Assembly (NCBI RefSeq): GCF_964204645.1
Contig: NC_134036.1
Coordinates: 8,036,812-8,100,811, forward strand
Length of the DNA: 64,000 nt
Direction of reading: 5' to 3'
DNA from: Tubulanus polymorphus
Taxonomy: Eukaryota; Animalia; Nemertea
Shown in pieces: positions 39,090-50,597 of this stretch (within the stretch, counting starts at the first letter, position 1; the number at the start of each line of letters is the position of its first letter). The position numbers were made by a program, and so were the translations under genes. A model generated the notes under the pieces. It ran no database searches, was not told the origin of the DNA, and saw nothing but the letters and a program-made list of their open reading frames with translations.

Positions 39090-39640
39090 ATGTCAAAGAA
39101 ATCTAATAAGAATAATATTAATATTGAAAAGACAATTGAGGATTTAGGTATTACAGATACTAAAGATACAGTTGTTTCTAATTGTGCTCAAAATAAAAAT
39201 AATATTAATTTCGAATTCTACTTATATTGTAAGCACCATCTTGAGTTATAAATTGCTGGTGGAAAATCTAAGGATTTCTTGGGTAAAATTATAACTTATC
39301 AAGAATTAGATGCCATGAAACCAGACAAAGTAATCAAACATTTAAAAATATATGAAGAAGCTAGATTGGCTAGACTAAATGACTCTATTAGTGATGGAAT
39401 AGTTAAATGTTAATACCAATTGATGATGAAAATAAATTATATAAAGATTTAAAAAAAATTACTACTTAGTTATGACAGAACTGCAAAAATAGGTTGGGTA
39501 CGCTTCATTTCAATTAGGTGGAATAATGACATTAATTTCTACTGGCGTGATAACATTTTCTCATATCAAACCTATAGTATGTAAATCAGATAATAATATC
39601 GAAACAGTACACAAATTAACTAAAATAAATGAGTGATGAT
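39090..39640 (+). pseudogene. Homolog of the 201-aa gene
   Basis: IEKTIEDLGI, YLYCKHHLE, FQLGGIMTLISTG shared with 17621-18226. Confidence 0.8.
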
Positions 39641-39989
39641 GTTAAGAAGAAGCCTGAAAAACAAATTAAATGGGCTAGGGAATTAGGTAAAGATCTTCAG
39701 AATTAAAAAAGCTAAGAAAAAGAAATTAACTGATTTAAACGAATCACAGAAATTATCTGATATTGATTCGAATGATAATCCATTTAATTCTTCTAATACT
39801 GGAAGAAATAATTACTTATATATTACAATTGGGTTAATTGCAGTTATTATATTCTCCGGCGTAATATATAAATATAAGTATAAATCTGATGATAACAATA
39901 ATGATTCCGATGATAAACATGTTATACCTGAAAATAAGTCAAATGATAAAGTCATTGAAAATAAACCAAGATAATTATTAATGGATTAA
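39629..39989 (+). pseudogene. Homolog of the 122-aa single-TM gene
   Basis: QIKWARELG, YLYITIGLIAVII and terminal MD-stop as in 18159-18527. Confidence 0.7.
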
Positions 39990-39995
39990 AATAAG

Positions 39996-41079
39996 ATGAA
40001 AAAAAGAACAATATTAAATAGATTTATATTATAACCCAGAGAGTGACGTATCATATTCTAGCGTAACAGAATTATGGGATATAATTAAATCTGATAAAGA
40101 AAATATAAAATATAGTGAACTGAGATTATGGTTACAAAATCAACCAACATATCAAATCCATAAGAAAATGGATAAAAATTATTTAACAAGAAAAGTTATG
40201 GTTTCATATATTGATCAACAATGGCAAGCTGATTTAATTGATATGAAGAACTTAGAAGAATACAACAAAGGATATTTCTGGAATTAAATGTTTATTAAAT
40301 GTTATAGACATATTCAGTAGATACGCATGGTCAATTACAATCAAAAATAAAACTGGTATAGAAGTTACTAATGCTTTCAATATTTAAAGAACCTATTCCA
40401 GATTAGATACAATTTGATGAAGGTAAAGAATTTTATAATAAACATTTTAAAAAATTATTATCTAATAATGATGTAGAATATTTTTCAACACACTCAAATA
40501 AAAAAGCATCTATTATAGAAAGATTCAATACAACATTGAAAACTAGAATGTGGAAATATTTCACTGCAAAAGAAACATATAAATATATCGATGTGTTAGA
40601 TGATTTAGTGAAATGTTATAATAATTCTTAACTTTTAAGTATTGGTGTGAAACCTATACAAGCTAGAAAAGAAGATAATTCATGAATAGTTTGGATTAAT
40701 TTATATGGTGCGTTTGTTACACACAATTTTGGAGAACCTAAATTTGAAATAGGACAAAATTGTTAGAATATTTAAATATCGAAAAACAATTTATAAAGGT
40801 TATACTCCAAATTTTACTGTAGAAATATTTAAGATTAAAAAGATAATATTAACTAAAACTTTTGTTTAAAAATTAGAAGATCTAAAAGATGAAAAAATAT
40901 TAGGTTATTTTTATGAACAAGAATTATCACTTGTACCAAATCCAGATGATATAGAATATAAAATAGAGAAGGTATTGAAAAAAAAACTCTTAAAGGAAAA
41001 AAGTATTCTTTACATAAATATAAAGAGTATGATGATAAATTTAATGAATGAATTTTATCTAGTAAAATTAAAAGAATAA
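39996..41079 (+). pseudogene. Integrase with chromodomain, disrupted
   Basis: LYYNPES, QWQADLIDM, IQFDEGKEF, ASIIERFN, YKIEKVL. Confidence 0.9.
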
Positions 41080-41724
41080 ATGAATAAAGATTTATTTATA
41101 TTTGAACCACATAATATGTTAGTTACTGGAGTAACAAATTGTGGTAAAACACATTTTGTATTAGATTTATTAGAAACTATTTATAAAAATCATTTTGATA
41201 ATATAATATTATTTTGCTACTTATTTTCCTACTTATTAAATGAATAAAACATATAATAAGGATATAGTTAAGATAAAAAAGTTTATTATATTAGATCCTA
41301 AAATAGTAAATGAAAATTTAGATAATTGTATTAAAATAGCAATTGATATTTACAAAGGAACAAATACATTATTCATTATAGATGATTGTGCAAATTTACA
41401 TGATTCAAAATTTAGAGAAAGTGAGTTATGTTATTTAGCTTTCTCTGGGGGACATTTTGGGATAACAACTTGGTTTTTAAATCAAAAATATAATTCAATT
41501 GTTAAAGATTTTAGAGAGAATATTATATTCTTAGTTTTATTTTATAACTAAGATAGAAAATCAATGCAACAATCATTGGAAGAAAATCAAATTCTACCTG
41601 AAAATCAATTATATCAAATTATACTGAATTACATGATGAATATATGAATAAATTAAAAAGTAATGAAGGTTCAAAATTATTACTGAGACTACAATTTCCC
41701 TATGAATATAAATTTATAAAATAA
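41080..41724 (+). pseudogene. A32-like packaging ATPase, frameshifted
   Basis: VTGVTNCGKT, LFIIDDCA, FSGGHFGITTWFLNQ. Confidence 0.9.
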
Positions 41725-41955
41725 GGGGTATGAGGCTAAAAAAATTGATACCTTGTTTCTCCGCTCTGCTGAGCTTAAATGTTGACCTGTCCGCCTATCT
41801 ACCCTATACATTACTTTTTTTAAAATCGTGATCAATTTTACCATAACAGATCCGGCCGCTATAGAAATGAACTGTTTACAAATTTTATCATATTTTACAA
41901 AAATGACCCGGCCGCTGCGGAGAAACAAGGTATCATTTTTGATTAGCCTAACCTT
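41724..41955. mobile_element. ~230-bp MITE
   Basis: ~40-bp imperfect TIRs (AGGCTA...TGATACCTTGTTTCTCCGC and GCGGAGAAACAAGGTATCA...TAGCCT); ATAA and TTAA flanks. Confidence 0.75.
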
Positions 41956-42043
41956 TAAGCATTTATGTATTAGATACGTATTAGATACGTATTAGATACC
42001 TTAATACTTAAAATTTGAAATATTATAGAATTTTGAATTGTGT

Positions 42044-42162
42044 ATGAATGGATGAGTGGATGAATTGGAAGAATTGGATGACTCATCCATTCATCCATTC
42101 ATCCAATTCATCCATTCATCCATTCATCCAATTCATCCAATTCATCCATTCATCCAATTCAT
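42044..42162. repeat. Short fold-back of (GGATGAAT)n and (ATTCATCC)n simple repeats
   Basis: Head-to-head 8-9 bp repeats. Confidence 0.8.
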
Positions 42163-43064
42163 TAGAAACAGCTGAAAATGACTAAAAAATGTTTCAATTA
42201 TTGCCCACAACATAGCGTCGCCAGATTTCTGATTTAATGGTCCAAAAACTTATTCGATCGCATTTTTCTCGTTCATTTTCTGGTAGATGAGAGCGGGTTA
42301 AACAATCGCGTAGCGATATGTCCGCATTGACATTGGCAGTAAAGAATGGGGAACAGCCTCTTCTCAATAGAAAAACACAAAATTATGTACCTCCGGTTTA
42401 TAAATATCACAGTGTTTGGATATCACTGTTATTCCAACTATCAGTACCCATGGGATTATTTGGGATTAATTCTCAGCGTCAGAATACGTATTTCTAGAAC
42501 AGTGGAACAGCAGCCTACTCGTGACTGAAACCCGTATGTGATCGTGCGGGAACGCCTTTACTAAAGTTAAAACCATTTCCTGATGACACGAAACGGTAAA
42601 CGGTAGGCTACCACCATGATACGATATCACCAATAAAGATAGATAATTTTATTCAATTTTACTAGTGTTGTTTATTGGAGGAAAATATCATTGTTAAGTA
42701 CGCCGAGAACAACTATGTTGTATTATCAATCAGTTGACTGACATTGTAAAATTCGATTGGGCTATATTGTCATATACGTTTTCTTTTTAGGACGTGGCGA
42801 GAGTCAAGTAGCGAAAAACGTCCCCCGGGTCAGCAGGCAGGCAGGGCGGCGCGGCCGGTCGGACGGAGGCGGCGCGCCTGCTGCGCACTCATAAGGCGGT
42901 AGCACCCTCTTACGCACTCGGCAGAGATTCGCTTTGTAATGCGCGCCGGAGAAAAATACCTTTTATTTTCTTTTCCATGCGTTAAACAACAGTGATTGAA
43001 TTTACGCTTTGTTTGCAATATTGCGATGGTTATTTGCCGCTGCTGTAGTTTTTTGGAATTGAAT

Positions 43065-43172
43065 CGAGTGGCCTTGGTAGCTCAGTGAGATAAGGCGTGA
43101 TGCTGTTGAATCCACTATCAATGCTGAGTGACAAGTGGGTTCGAGTCCTGCTGGCTGCGAACAGTGTGCGGC
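43065..43172 (+). mobile_element. tRNA-derived SINE, 5' part (interrupted by the palindromic element; 3' part ~49427-49550)
   Basis: A-box-like TAGCTCAGTGAG, B-box GGTTCGAGTCC; continuation after the TSD ends in a (CAAA)n-like tail. Confidence 0.6.
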
Positions 43173-43288
43173 AGTAATTAGAAAAGTAGGCTTTCAGGCC
43201 AGAGGACGAGAGGACGAGACACCACTCATCACCACAAGTAATTTTTTTCCTAGCACTCATCACCACAAGTAATTTTTTTTCCTAATAA

Positions 43289-43445
43289 ATGGGGGAGAAT
43301 GAACACCAACTAGAAAACAATAATGTCAATAAAAATCAATATTATTGTCAATATTGTAAAAAATACATCGATACATCTAATAAAACACGACATGAAAAAT
43401 GTTAGAAATTATATTGATTCACTAGAAATAAAAGATACAAATTAA
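43289..43445 (+). pseudogene. 5' stub of pPolB within the long TIR (mirror copy ~49155-49310)
   Basis: MGENEHQLENNNVNKNQYYCQYC identical to the element 3 start, then an internal deletion to the 51815-like sequence. Confidence 0.9.
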
Positions 43446-43514
43446 ATTTTTTTTTTTTGCTTTTTTCCAAAAATAAACACACTTTTTAATATAAAAGCGC
43501 TAATAAAATGATAA

Positions 43515-43790
43515 AATTGTTCAATATTAAAAGTGTGAGTAAAGTGTGAGTAAAATAATTTAGATTTTCAATATTAAAAGTGTGAGTAAAGTGTGAGTAA
43601 AATGATAAAATTGTTTAATATTAAAAGTGTGAGTAAAGTGTGAGTAAAATAATTGAGATTTTCAATATTAAAAGTGTGAGTAAAGTGTGAGTAAAATGAT
43701 AAAATTGTTTAATATTAAAAGTGTGAGTAAAGTGTGAGTAAAATAATTGAGATTTTCAATATTAAAAGTGTGAGTAAAGTGTGAGTAATA
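43515..43790. repeat. ~47-bp tandem repeat (AATATTAAAAGTGTGAGTAAAGTGTGAGTAA core), 6 copies; ~4 inverted copies at 48900-49080
   Basis: Read directly. Confidence 0.9.
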
Positions 43791-43804
43791 ATTTTGTTAT
43801 AAAA

Positions 43805-44461
43805 ATGAAGAAAGAAGAACCCAACTTCAAAATCGAAATCAATGAAACCAATAAATCATTTTCACAGTTTAACATTAGAAATTATATTTCAGCAACAAAT
43901 TTAGTATATGGAAGACAATATAAAATTGATAATATTACTGTAATTAATCAAATATTATTAAATGAAACATATTTAATTACTGAACTAATAGATACTTTAG
44001 ATAATGGCGCCAAAAATCCTAAAATATTTAATACAGTTTTAAATTATAAAGGTAATTTAGATGAAAACATAATAAATATTCTTAAATTTCCTTTTAATGA
44101 AAGAGAAAGTGATATAATACTTTCAAAAGGTAATGATAGGATAGACTTAAGAATTGAAAAACGACGATTATATTATTGTAATTTTGATGATAAACAAATT
44201 ATTTATAATGAAAATACATCAAATATTGAAATTCAATGTGATTTAGAAAACAATAATTCTTTTAAAGATATTGCAATTCAGTGTGATTTAGAAAATAGTA
44301 AATCTTTTAAACATATCGCAATTCAATGTGATTTAGAAAATGAATTCAAAAGATTTAATCCTAATGAAAAAATTCATTGTTATTGCGGAGGTAAATATTC
44401 AAAATCACATAAATCAAAGCATTACCAAACAATTAAACATAAAAACTGGTGTAAAGAGTAA
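43805..44461 (+). CDS. Hypothetical protein (218 aa) with three IQCDLEN repeats and a C-terminal zinc finger
   Basis: Intact ORF, ATG at 43805; HCYCGGKY...KH...KH; present only on the left arm. Confidence 0.7.
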   Translation: MKKEEPNFKIEINETNKSFSQFNIRNYISATNLVYGRQYKIDNITVINQILLNETYLITELIDTLDNGAKNPKIFNTVLNYKGNLDENIINILKFPFNERESDIILSKGNDRIDLRIEKRRLYYCNFDDKQIIYNENTSNIEIQCDLENNNSFKDIAIQCDLENSKSFKHIAIQCDLENEFKRFNPNEKIHCYCGGKYSKSHKSKHYQTIKHKNWCKE

Positions 44462-44534
44462 CAATTCTACATTGAAAATAAATTAAATAGTCAAATAATT
44501 ATTGAATTTAGTTAAATGATTTAAATATCTAATA

Positions 44535-44945
44535 GACTGTTGAAATGATAAATTGTTTGGCTGTTAAAATGATAAATTGTTCGACTGTTGAAATAATAAA
44601 TTGTTTGACAGTTGAAATGATAAATTGTTTGACAGTTGAAATGATAAATTGTTTGACAGTTGAAATGATAAATTGTTCGACTGTTGAAATGATAAGTCAG
44701 TTGAAATGATAAATTGTTTGACAGTTGAAATGATAAATTCTTTGACAGTTGAAATGATAAATTGTTTGACAGTTGAAATGATAAACTGTTTGACAGTTGA
44801 AATGATAAATTGTTCGACTGTTGAAATAATAAATTGTTTGACAGTTGAAATGATAAACTGTTTGACAGTTGAAATGATAAACTGTTTGACAGTTGAAATG
44901 ATAAATTGTTCGACAGTTGAAATGATAAATTGTTTAGCTGTAAAT
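44535..44945. repeat. 24-bp minisatellite (GACAGTTGAAATGATAAATTGTTT)n, left arm
   Basis: Read directly. Confidence 0.95.
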
Positions 44946-45059
44946 TTAATTGTTATTTGATTTAATCATTTAAAAGTTTAATATTTTAAAAATGATTTTA
45001 AAATATTTAAATAAAAACAAGCAAATGTTTATTAATTTTCTAATTTCTTTCTTAAATAA

Positions 45060-45278
45060 ATGGATGGTTTCATTCCAACTGGGAAAAGTGATTTAAAACA
45101 TTATTTAGTTGCTGGAGGTTTAATTTTAGCTGCGCTTTACTTTTATTATGAAAATATTTCAAAAGATTTAATAAATGAAAATAATAAATTAAGCAAGAAA
45201 TTAAAGAAGTTAAATACTAAAAATGGAAATAATTATAAAAACGGTAATAATCACAAGAAAGTTGTTGAATCAGATTAA
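45060..45278 (+). CDS. Small single-TM protein (72 aa)
   Basis: TAAATG start, YLVAGGLILAALYFYY; identical inverted copy at 47026-47244. Confidence 0.65.
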   Translation: MDGFIPTGKSDLKHYLVAGGLILAALYFYYENISKDLINENNKLSKKLKKLNTKNGNNYKNGNNHKKVVESD

Positions 45279-45314
45279 ATAGTGAATTAATCTATTAAAA
45301 TCTTTTCTTATTAA

Positions 45315-45596
45315 ATGAGTGAAAATATATTAAATTTGTTAAATCTTATTTACAGAAATCAAGAGAAAATGAAATTAATTATGATGATTTCAGGGTTACT
45401 TTCATTTTCAGTTTATAGTTTGAAACAATTGTTTCATTTTTATGATGATTGTAAAATAAAATATATTGAATTGAAAAATAATATCAATTACATTTCAGAT
45501 AGAATGAATAATATTAAAAGATGCGAAATTTGTAGTAAAAAATACAAGACGGAAAAAGGATTTAGAAATCATAAAATTGGGCATAAATTGGAATGA
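45315..45596 (+). CDS. Small protein with hydrophobic segment and C2H2 zinc finger (93 aa)
   Basis: TAAATG start; CEICSKKYKTEKGFRNHKIGH; inverted copy at 46708-46989. Confidence 0.7.
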   Translation: MSENILNLLNLIYRNQEKMKLIMMISGLLSFSVYSLKQLFHFYDDCKIKYIELKNNINYISDRMNNIKRCEICSKKYKTEKGFRNHKIGHKLE

Positions 45597-45649
45597 TTAA
45601 ATAACAAATTAAAGTAAAGAATTTTAAAAAAATCTCATTTATTGTGTAA

Positions 45650-46655
45650 AATTGACTAAAATTGAACTAAAATAGACAACTTCGTTAATCTAATGAAATT
45701 TTAGTTATATTTTAGTTGAATTGTAATTAAAGTTAGTTGCAACTAACTTCAACTAGAATTTAACTAGAATTGACTAAAATTGAACTAAAATAGACAACTT
45801 TGTTAATCTAATGAAATTTTAGTTATATTTTAGTTGAATTGTAATTAAAGTTAGTTGCAACTAACTTCAACTAGAATTTAACTAGAATTGACTAAAAATT
45901 TAAAAAGATTAACAAGACAGTTGATTTAGTGTATTTTTAGTCAATTCTAGTTAAATTCTAGTTGAAGTTAGTTGCAACTAACTTTAATTACAATTCAACT
46001 AAAATATAACTAAAATTTCATTAGATTAACAAAGTTGTCTATTTTAGTTCAATTTTAGTCAATTCTAGTTAAATTCTAGTTGAAGTTAGTTGCAACTAAC
46101 TTTAATTACAATTCAACTAAAATATAACTAAAATTTCATTAGATTAACAAAGTTGTCTATTTTAGTTCAATTTTAGTCAATTCTAGTTAAATTCTAGTTG
46201 AAGTTAGTTGCAACTAACTTTAATTACAATTCAACTAAAATATAACTAAAATTTCATTAGATTAACAAAGTTGTCTATTTTAGTTCAATTTTAGTCAATT
46301 CTAGTTAAATTCTAGTTGAAGTTAGTTGCAACTAACTTTAATTACAATTCAACTAAAATATAACTAAAATTTCATTAGATTAACAAAGTTGTCTATTTTA
46401 GTTCAATTTTAGTCAATTCTAGTTAAATTCTAGTTGAAGTTAGTTGCAACTAACTTTGATTACAATTCAACTAAAATATAACTAAAATTTCATTAGATTA
46501 ACAAAGTTGTCTATTTTAGTTCAATTTTAGTCAATTCTAGTTAAATTCTAGTTGAAGTTAGTTGCAACTAACTTTAATTACAATTCAACTAAAATATAAC
46601 TAAAATTTCATTAGATTAACAAAGTTGTCTATTTTAGTTCAATTTTAGTCAATTT
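45650..46655. repeat. 118-bp tandem repeats in head-to-head arrays (~2 plus ~6 units), each with a 20-bp perfect palindrome
   Basis: AAGTTAGTTGCAACTAACTT in each unit; period 118 (46028, 46146, 46264...). Confidence 0.92.
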
Positions 46656-46707
46656 TACACAATAAATGAGATTTTTTTAAAATTCTTTACTTTAATTTGT
46701 TATTTAA

Positions 46708-46989
46708 TCATTCCAATTTATGCCCAATTTTATGATTTCTAAATCCTTTTTCCGTCTTGTATTTTTTACTACAAATTTCGCATCTTTTAATATTATTCAT
46801 TCTATCTGAAATGTAATTGATATTATTTTTCAATTCAATATATTTTATTTTACAATCATCATAAAAATGAAACAATTGTTTCAAATTATAAACTGAAAAT
46901 GAAAGTAACCCTGAAATCATCATAATTAATTTCATTTTCTCTTGATTTCTGTAAATAAGATTTAACAAATTTAATATATTTTCACTCAT
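46708..46989 (-). CDS. Inverted copy of the 93-aa zinc-finger protein
   Basis: One amino acid difference (S/N) from 45315-45596. Confidence 0.7.
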   Translation of the reverse strand: MSENILNLLNLIYRNQEKMKLIMMISGLLSFSVYNLKQLFHFYDDCKIKYIELKNNINYISDRMNNIKRCEICSKKYKTEKGFRNHKIGHKLE

Positions 46990-47025
46990 TTAATAAGAAA
47001 AGATTTTAATAGATTAATTCACTAT

Positions 47026-47244
47026 TTAATCTGATTCAACAACTTTCTTGTGATTATTACCGTTTTTATAATTATTTCCATTTTTAGTATTTAACTTCTT
47101 TAATTTCTTGCTTAATTTATTATTTTCATTTATTAAATCTTTTGAAATATTTTCATAATAAAAGTAAAGCGCAGCTAAAATTAAACCTCCAGCAACTAAA
47201 TAATGTTTTAAATCACTTTTCCCAGTTGGAATGAAACCATCCAT
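47026..47244 (-). CDS. Inverted copy of the 72-aa TM protein
   Basis: Identical translation to 45060-45278. Confidence 0.65.
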   Translation of the reverse strand: MDGFIPTGKSDLKHYLVAGGLILAALYFYYENISKDLINENNKLSKKLKKLNTKNGNNYKNGNNHKKVVESD

Positions 47245-47359
47245 TTATTTAAGAAAGAAATTAGAAAATTAATAAACATTTGCTTGTTTTTATTTAAATA
47301 TTTTAAAATCATTTTTAAAATATTAAACTTTTAAATGATTAAATCAAATAACAATTAAA

Positions 47360-48903
47360 TTTACAGCTAAACAATTTATCATTTCAACTGTCGAACAATT
47401 TATCATTTCAACTGTCAAACAGTTTATCATTTCAACTGTCAAACAGTTTATCATTTCAACTGTCAAACAATTTATTATTTCAACAGTCGAACAATTTATC
47501 ATTTCAACTGTCAAACAGTTTATCATTTCAACTGTCAAACAATTTATCATTTCAACTGTCAAAGAATTTATCATTTCAACTGTCAAACAATTTATCATTT
47601 CAACTGTCTTATCATTTCAACAGTCGAACAATTTATCATTTCAACTGTCAAACAATTTATCATTTCAACTGTCAAACAATTTATCATTTCAACTGTTAAA
47701 CAATTTATTATTTCAACTGTCTTATCATTTCAACAGTCGAACAATTTATCATTACAACTGTCAAACATTTTATCATTTCAACTGTCAAACAATTTATCAT
47801 TTCAACTGTCAAAGAATTTATCATTTCAACTGTCAATTAATTTATCATTTCAACTGTCTTATCATTACAACTGTCAAACATTTTATCATTTCAACTGTCA
47901 AACAATTTATCATTTCAACTGTCAAAGAATTTATCATTTCAACTGTCAAACAATTTATCATTTCAACTGTCAAATCATTTCAACAGTCGAACAATTTATC
48001 ATTTCAACTGTCAAACAATTTATCATTTCAACTGTCAAAGAATTTATCATTTCAACTGTCAAACAATTTATCATTTCAACTGTCTTATCATTTCAACAGT
48101 CGAACAATTTATCATTTCAACTGTCAAACAATTTATCATTTCAACTGTCAAACAATTTATCATTTCAACTGTCAAACAATTTATCATTTCAACTGTCAAA
48201 TCATTTCAACAGTCGAACAATTTATCATTTCAACTGTCAAACAATTTATCATTTCAACAGTCGAACAATTTATCATTTCAACTGTCAAACAATTTATCAT
48301 TTCAACTGTCAAACAATTTATCATTTCAACAGTCAAACAATTTATTATTTCAACTGTCGAACAATTTATCATTTCAACAGTCGAACAATTTATCATTTCA
48401 ACTGTCAAAGAATTTATCATTTCAATTGTTAAACAATTTATTATTTCAACAGTCGAACAATTTATCATTTCAACTGTCAAACAATTTATCATTTCAACTG
48501 TCAAACAATTTATCATTTCAACTGTCAAACAATTTATTATTTCAACTGTCTTATCATTTCAACAGTCGAACAATTTATCATTACAACTGTCAAACATTTT
48601 ATCATTTCAACTGTCAAACAATTTATCATTTCAACTGTCAAAGAATTTATCATTTCAACTGTCAAACAATTTATCATTTCAACTGTCTTATCATTACAAC
48701 TGTCAAACATTTTATCATTTCAACTGTCAAACAATTTATCATTTCAACTGTCAAAGAATTTATCATTTCAACTGTCAAAGAATTTATCATTTCAACTGTC
48801 AAATCATTTCAACAGTCGAACAATTTATCATTTCAACTGTCAAACAATTTATCATTTCAACTGTCAAAGAATTTATCATTTCAACTGTCAAACAATTTAT
48901 CAT
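47360..48903. repeat. Expanded 24-bp minisatellite, right arm (~1.5 kb)
   Basis: Reverse complement of the unit at 44535-44945, with interspersed shortened units. Confidence 0.95.
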
Positions 48904-50597
48904 TTTACTCACACTTTACTCACACTTTTAATATTGAAAATCTCAATTATTTTACTCACACTTTACTCACACTTTTAATATTAAACAATTTTATCATTTT
49001 ACTCACACTTTACTCACACTTTTAATATTGAAAATCTAAATTATTTTACTCACACTTTACTCACACTTTTAATATTGAACAATTTTATCATTTTATTAGC
49101 GCTTTTATATTAAAAAGTGTGTTTATTTTTGGAAAAAAGCAACAAAAAAAAATTTAATTTGTATCTTTTATTTCTAGTGAATCAATATAATTTCTAACAT
49201 TTTTCATGTCGTGTTTTATTAGATGTATCGATGTATTTTTTACAATATTGACAATAATATTGATTTTTATTGACATTATTGTTTTCTAGTTGGTGTTCAT
49301 TCTCCCCCATTTATTAGGAAAAAAAATTACTTGTGGTGATGAGTGTTAGGAAAAAAATTACTTGTGGTGATGAGTGGTGTCTCGTCCTCTCGTCCTCTGG
49401 CCTGAAAGCCTACTTTTCTAATTACTTGCGGCAACACTTCAAAGGCCGTTCCGTCGTGAGGTTAAATGAACAATCCAATGGGAATAGTCTTGGGAATCCA
49501 TGATCCAAACGACGTACGTAAAGCCAAACAAACAAAAAGACAAGCAAACAATCATCAGCCGGCCTCAGTGACACCAACGCCGGCATCGCTCTCTGCGACG
49601 TTTTGCATGCGTACATGCATCAGAGCTTGGAGCTCTACGATCAGAGAGTCTTGCAATTGCATTCTTAAAAATCGTTCTGTTTTTGTTTTCATTATTCAGT
49701 GGAGCCTAACAGTTCATGCGTAAAAATGGGTTTCTGTATCCAAATCTTGATTGATATAAATATCTTGGCTGGGACATGATGGAAAAGATCAGAATAAACT
49801 AGTTTCGTCTTTTTAACAGAATCGCATTAATGAGGTTTAACAGTACAAAGAGCCTAGGCTAAATCGTTCGGCAGAAAATAAATTCATTTTCAGGAATAGA
49901 ATCGTACTAGACAAATAGACCTTTTAGTCTGTGGTCCTCCCAATCAACATCGTCATAGAAGATTTGCCGGCATATATAAAACATTATAACCACTCAACTC
50001 TTTCAATGCGACTTCCCTAAAAACCAGATCCTGAGATTTTTTCAAAAAATATTGGGTTCTCAAACTTCTAGACGGTCTAATACGCTTCCCTACACTAAAA
50101 TATGATGATTCAGCTTGTTTCTGATGATGTAGCTATTCTGGGGTCGTTAGGGGCCCCCAAAATGTCCAAAAAGAATTTGACCTACTTTCGGGTCATTCGG
50201 GTACCCCTACCCCTAACTGCAGCTTCATATTCTCTCTATATATCTTCATTATATCCACTGCGTCATGTATAGACACCGTATACCAGCCGCTGTGTCTATG
50301 TATAAAGCTTTCAATTTTGCCCTACTTTGTTTACACAACTTGACCTCAATTCACCGATAATGACTTTCGTGACCTACATAGATTTTATTCATACACCCGC
50401 CAGCGAACTCGAACAAAAACAAGTCCCTGGGGTTGCCAGGACTACCAGGCATACATACAAGCCGTATAAGCTTTATACATTGCCATTTAGACAGTAAGGG
50501 GATAAGTAGGTCAAACACCTGTGACGTGGCGCCACACCGCGCAAAAACAAAGCGTTCTGGAGACTGTGTCGTCCGGTCACAGTAAGCGTGGAAAGAG

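Larger units (their letters stand above)
34161..41724 (+). mobile_element. Polinton element 2 (divergent family, decayed, right end not found)
   Basis: Starts AGTAGT (typical Polinton terminus) 101 bp before the pPolB ATG; pPolB, HNH, two hypothetical genes, integrase, ATPase. Confidence 0.88.
43173..49426. mobile_element. Non-autonomous palindromic Polinton derivative (6254 bp)
   Basis: Ends AGTAATTAGAAAAG and CTTTTCTAATTACT; 6-bp TSD TGCGGC at 43167-43172 and 49427-49432; ~550-bp outer and >1.3-kb inner inverted arms; no polymerase, integrase or capsid gene. Confidence 0.95.

Noticed and set aside
41960-43060. Right TIR of element 2
   Set aside because: No reverse complement of AGTAGTATAAATGGGCGGG found downstream in the window
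43065-43160. Functional tRNA gene
   Set aside because: A and B boxes are present but I could not fold a cloverleaf; better explained as a SINE head
43515-46655. Repeat arrays with palindromes as a possible CRISPR array
   Set aside because: Units are tandem with no unique spacers, there are no cas genes, and the context is eukaryotic
44706-49025. (MINCLTVE)n and related ORFs
   Set aside because: By-products of the 24-bp minisatellite; frames are broken by shortened units
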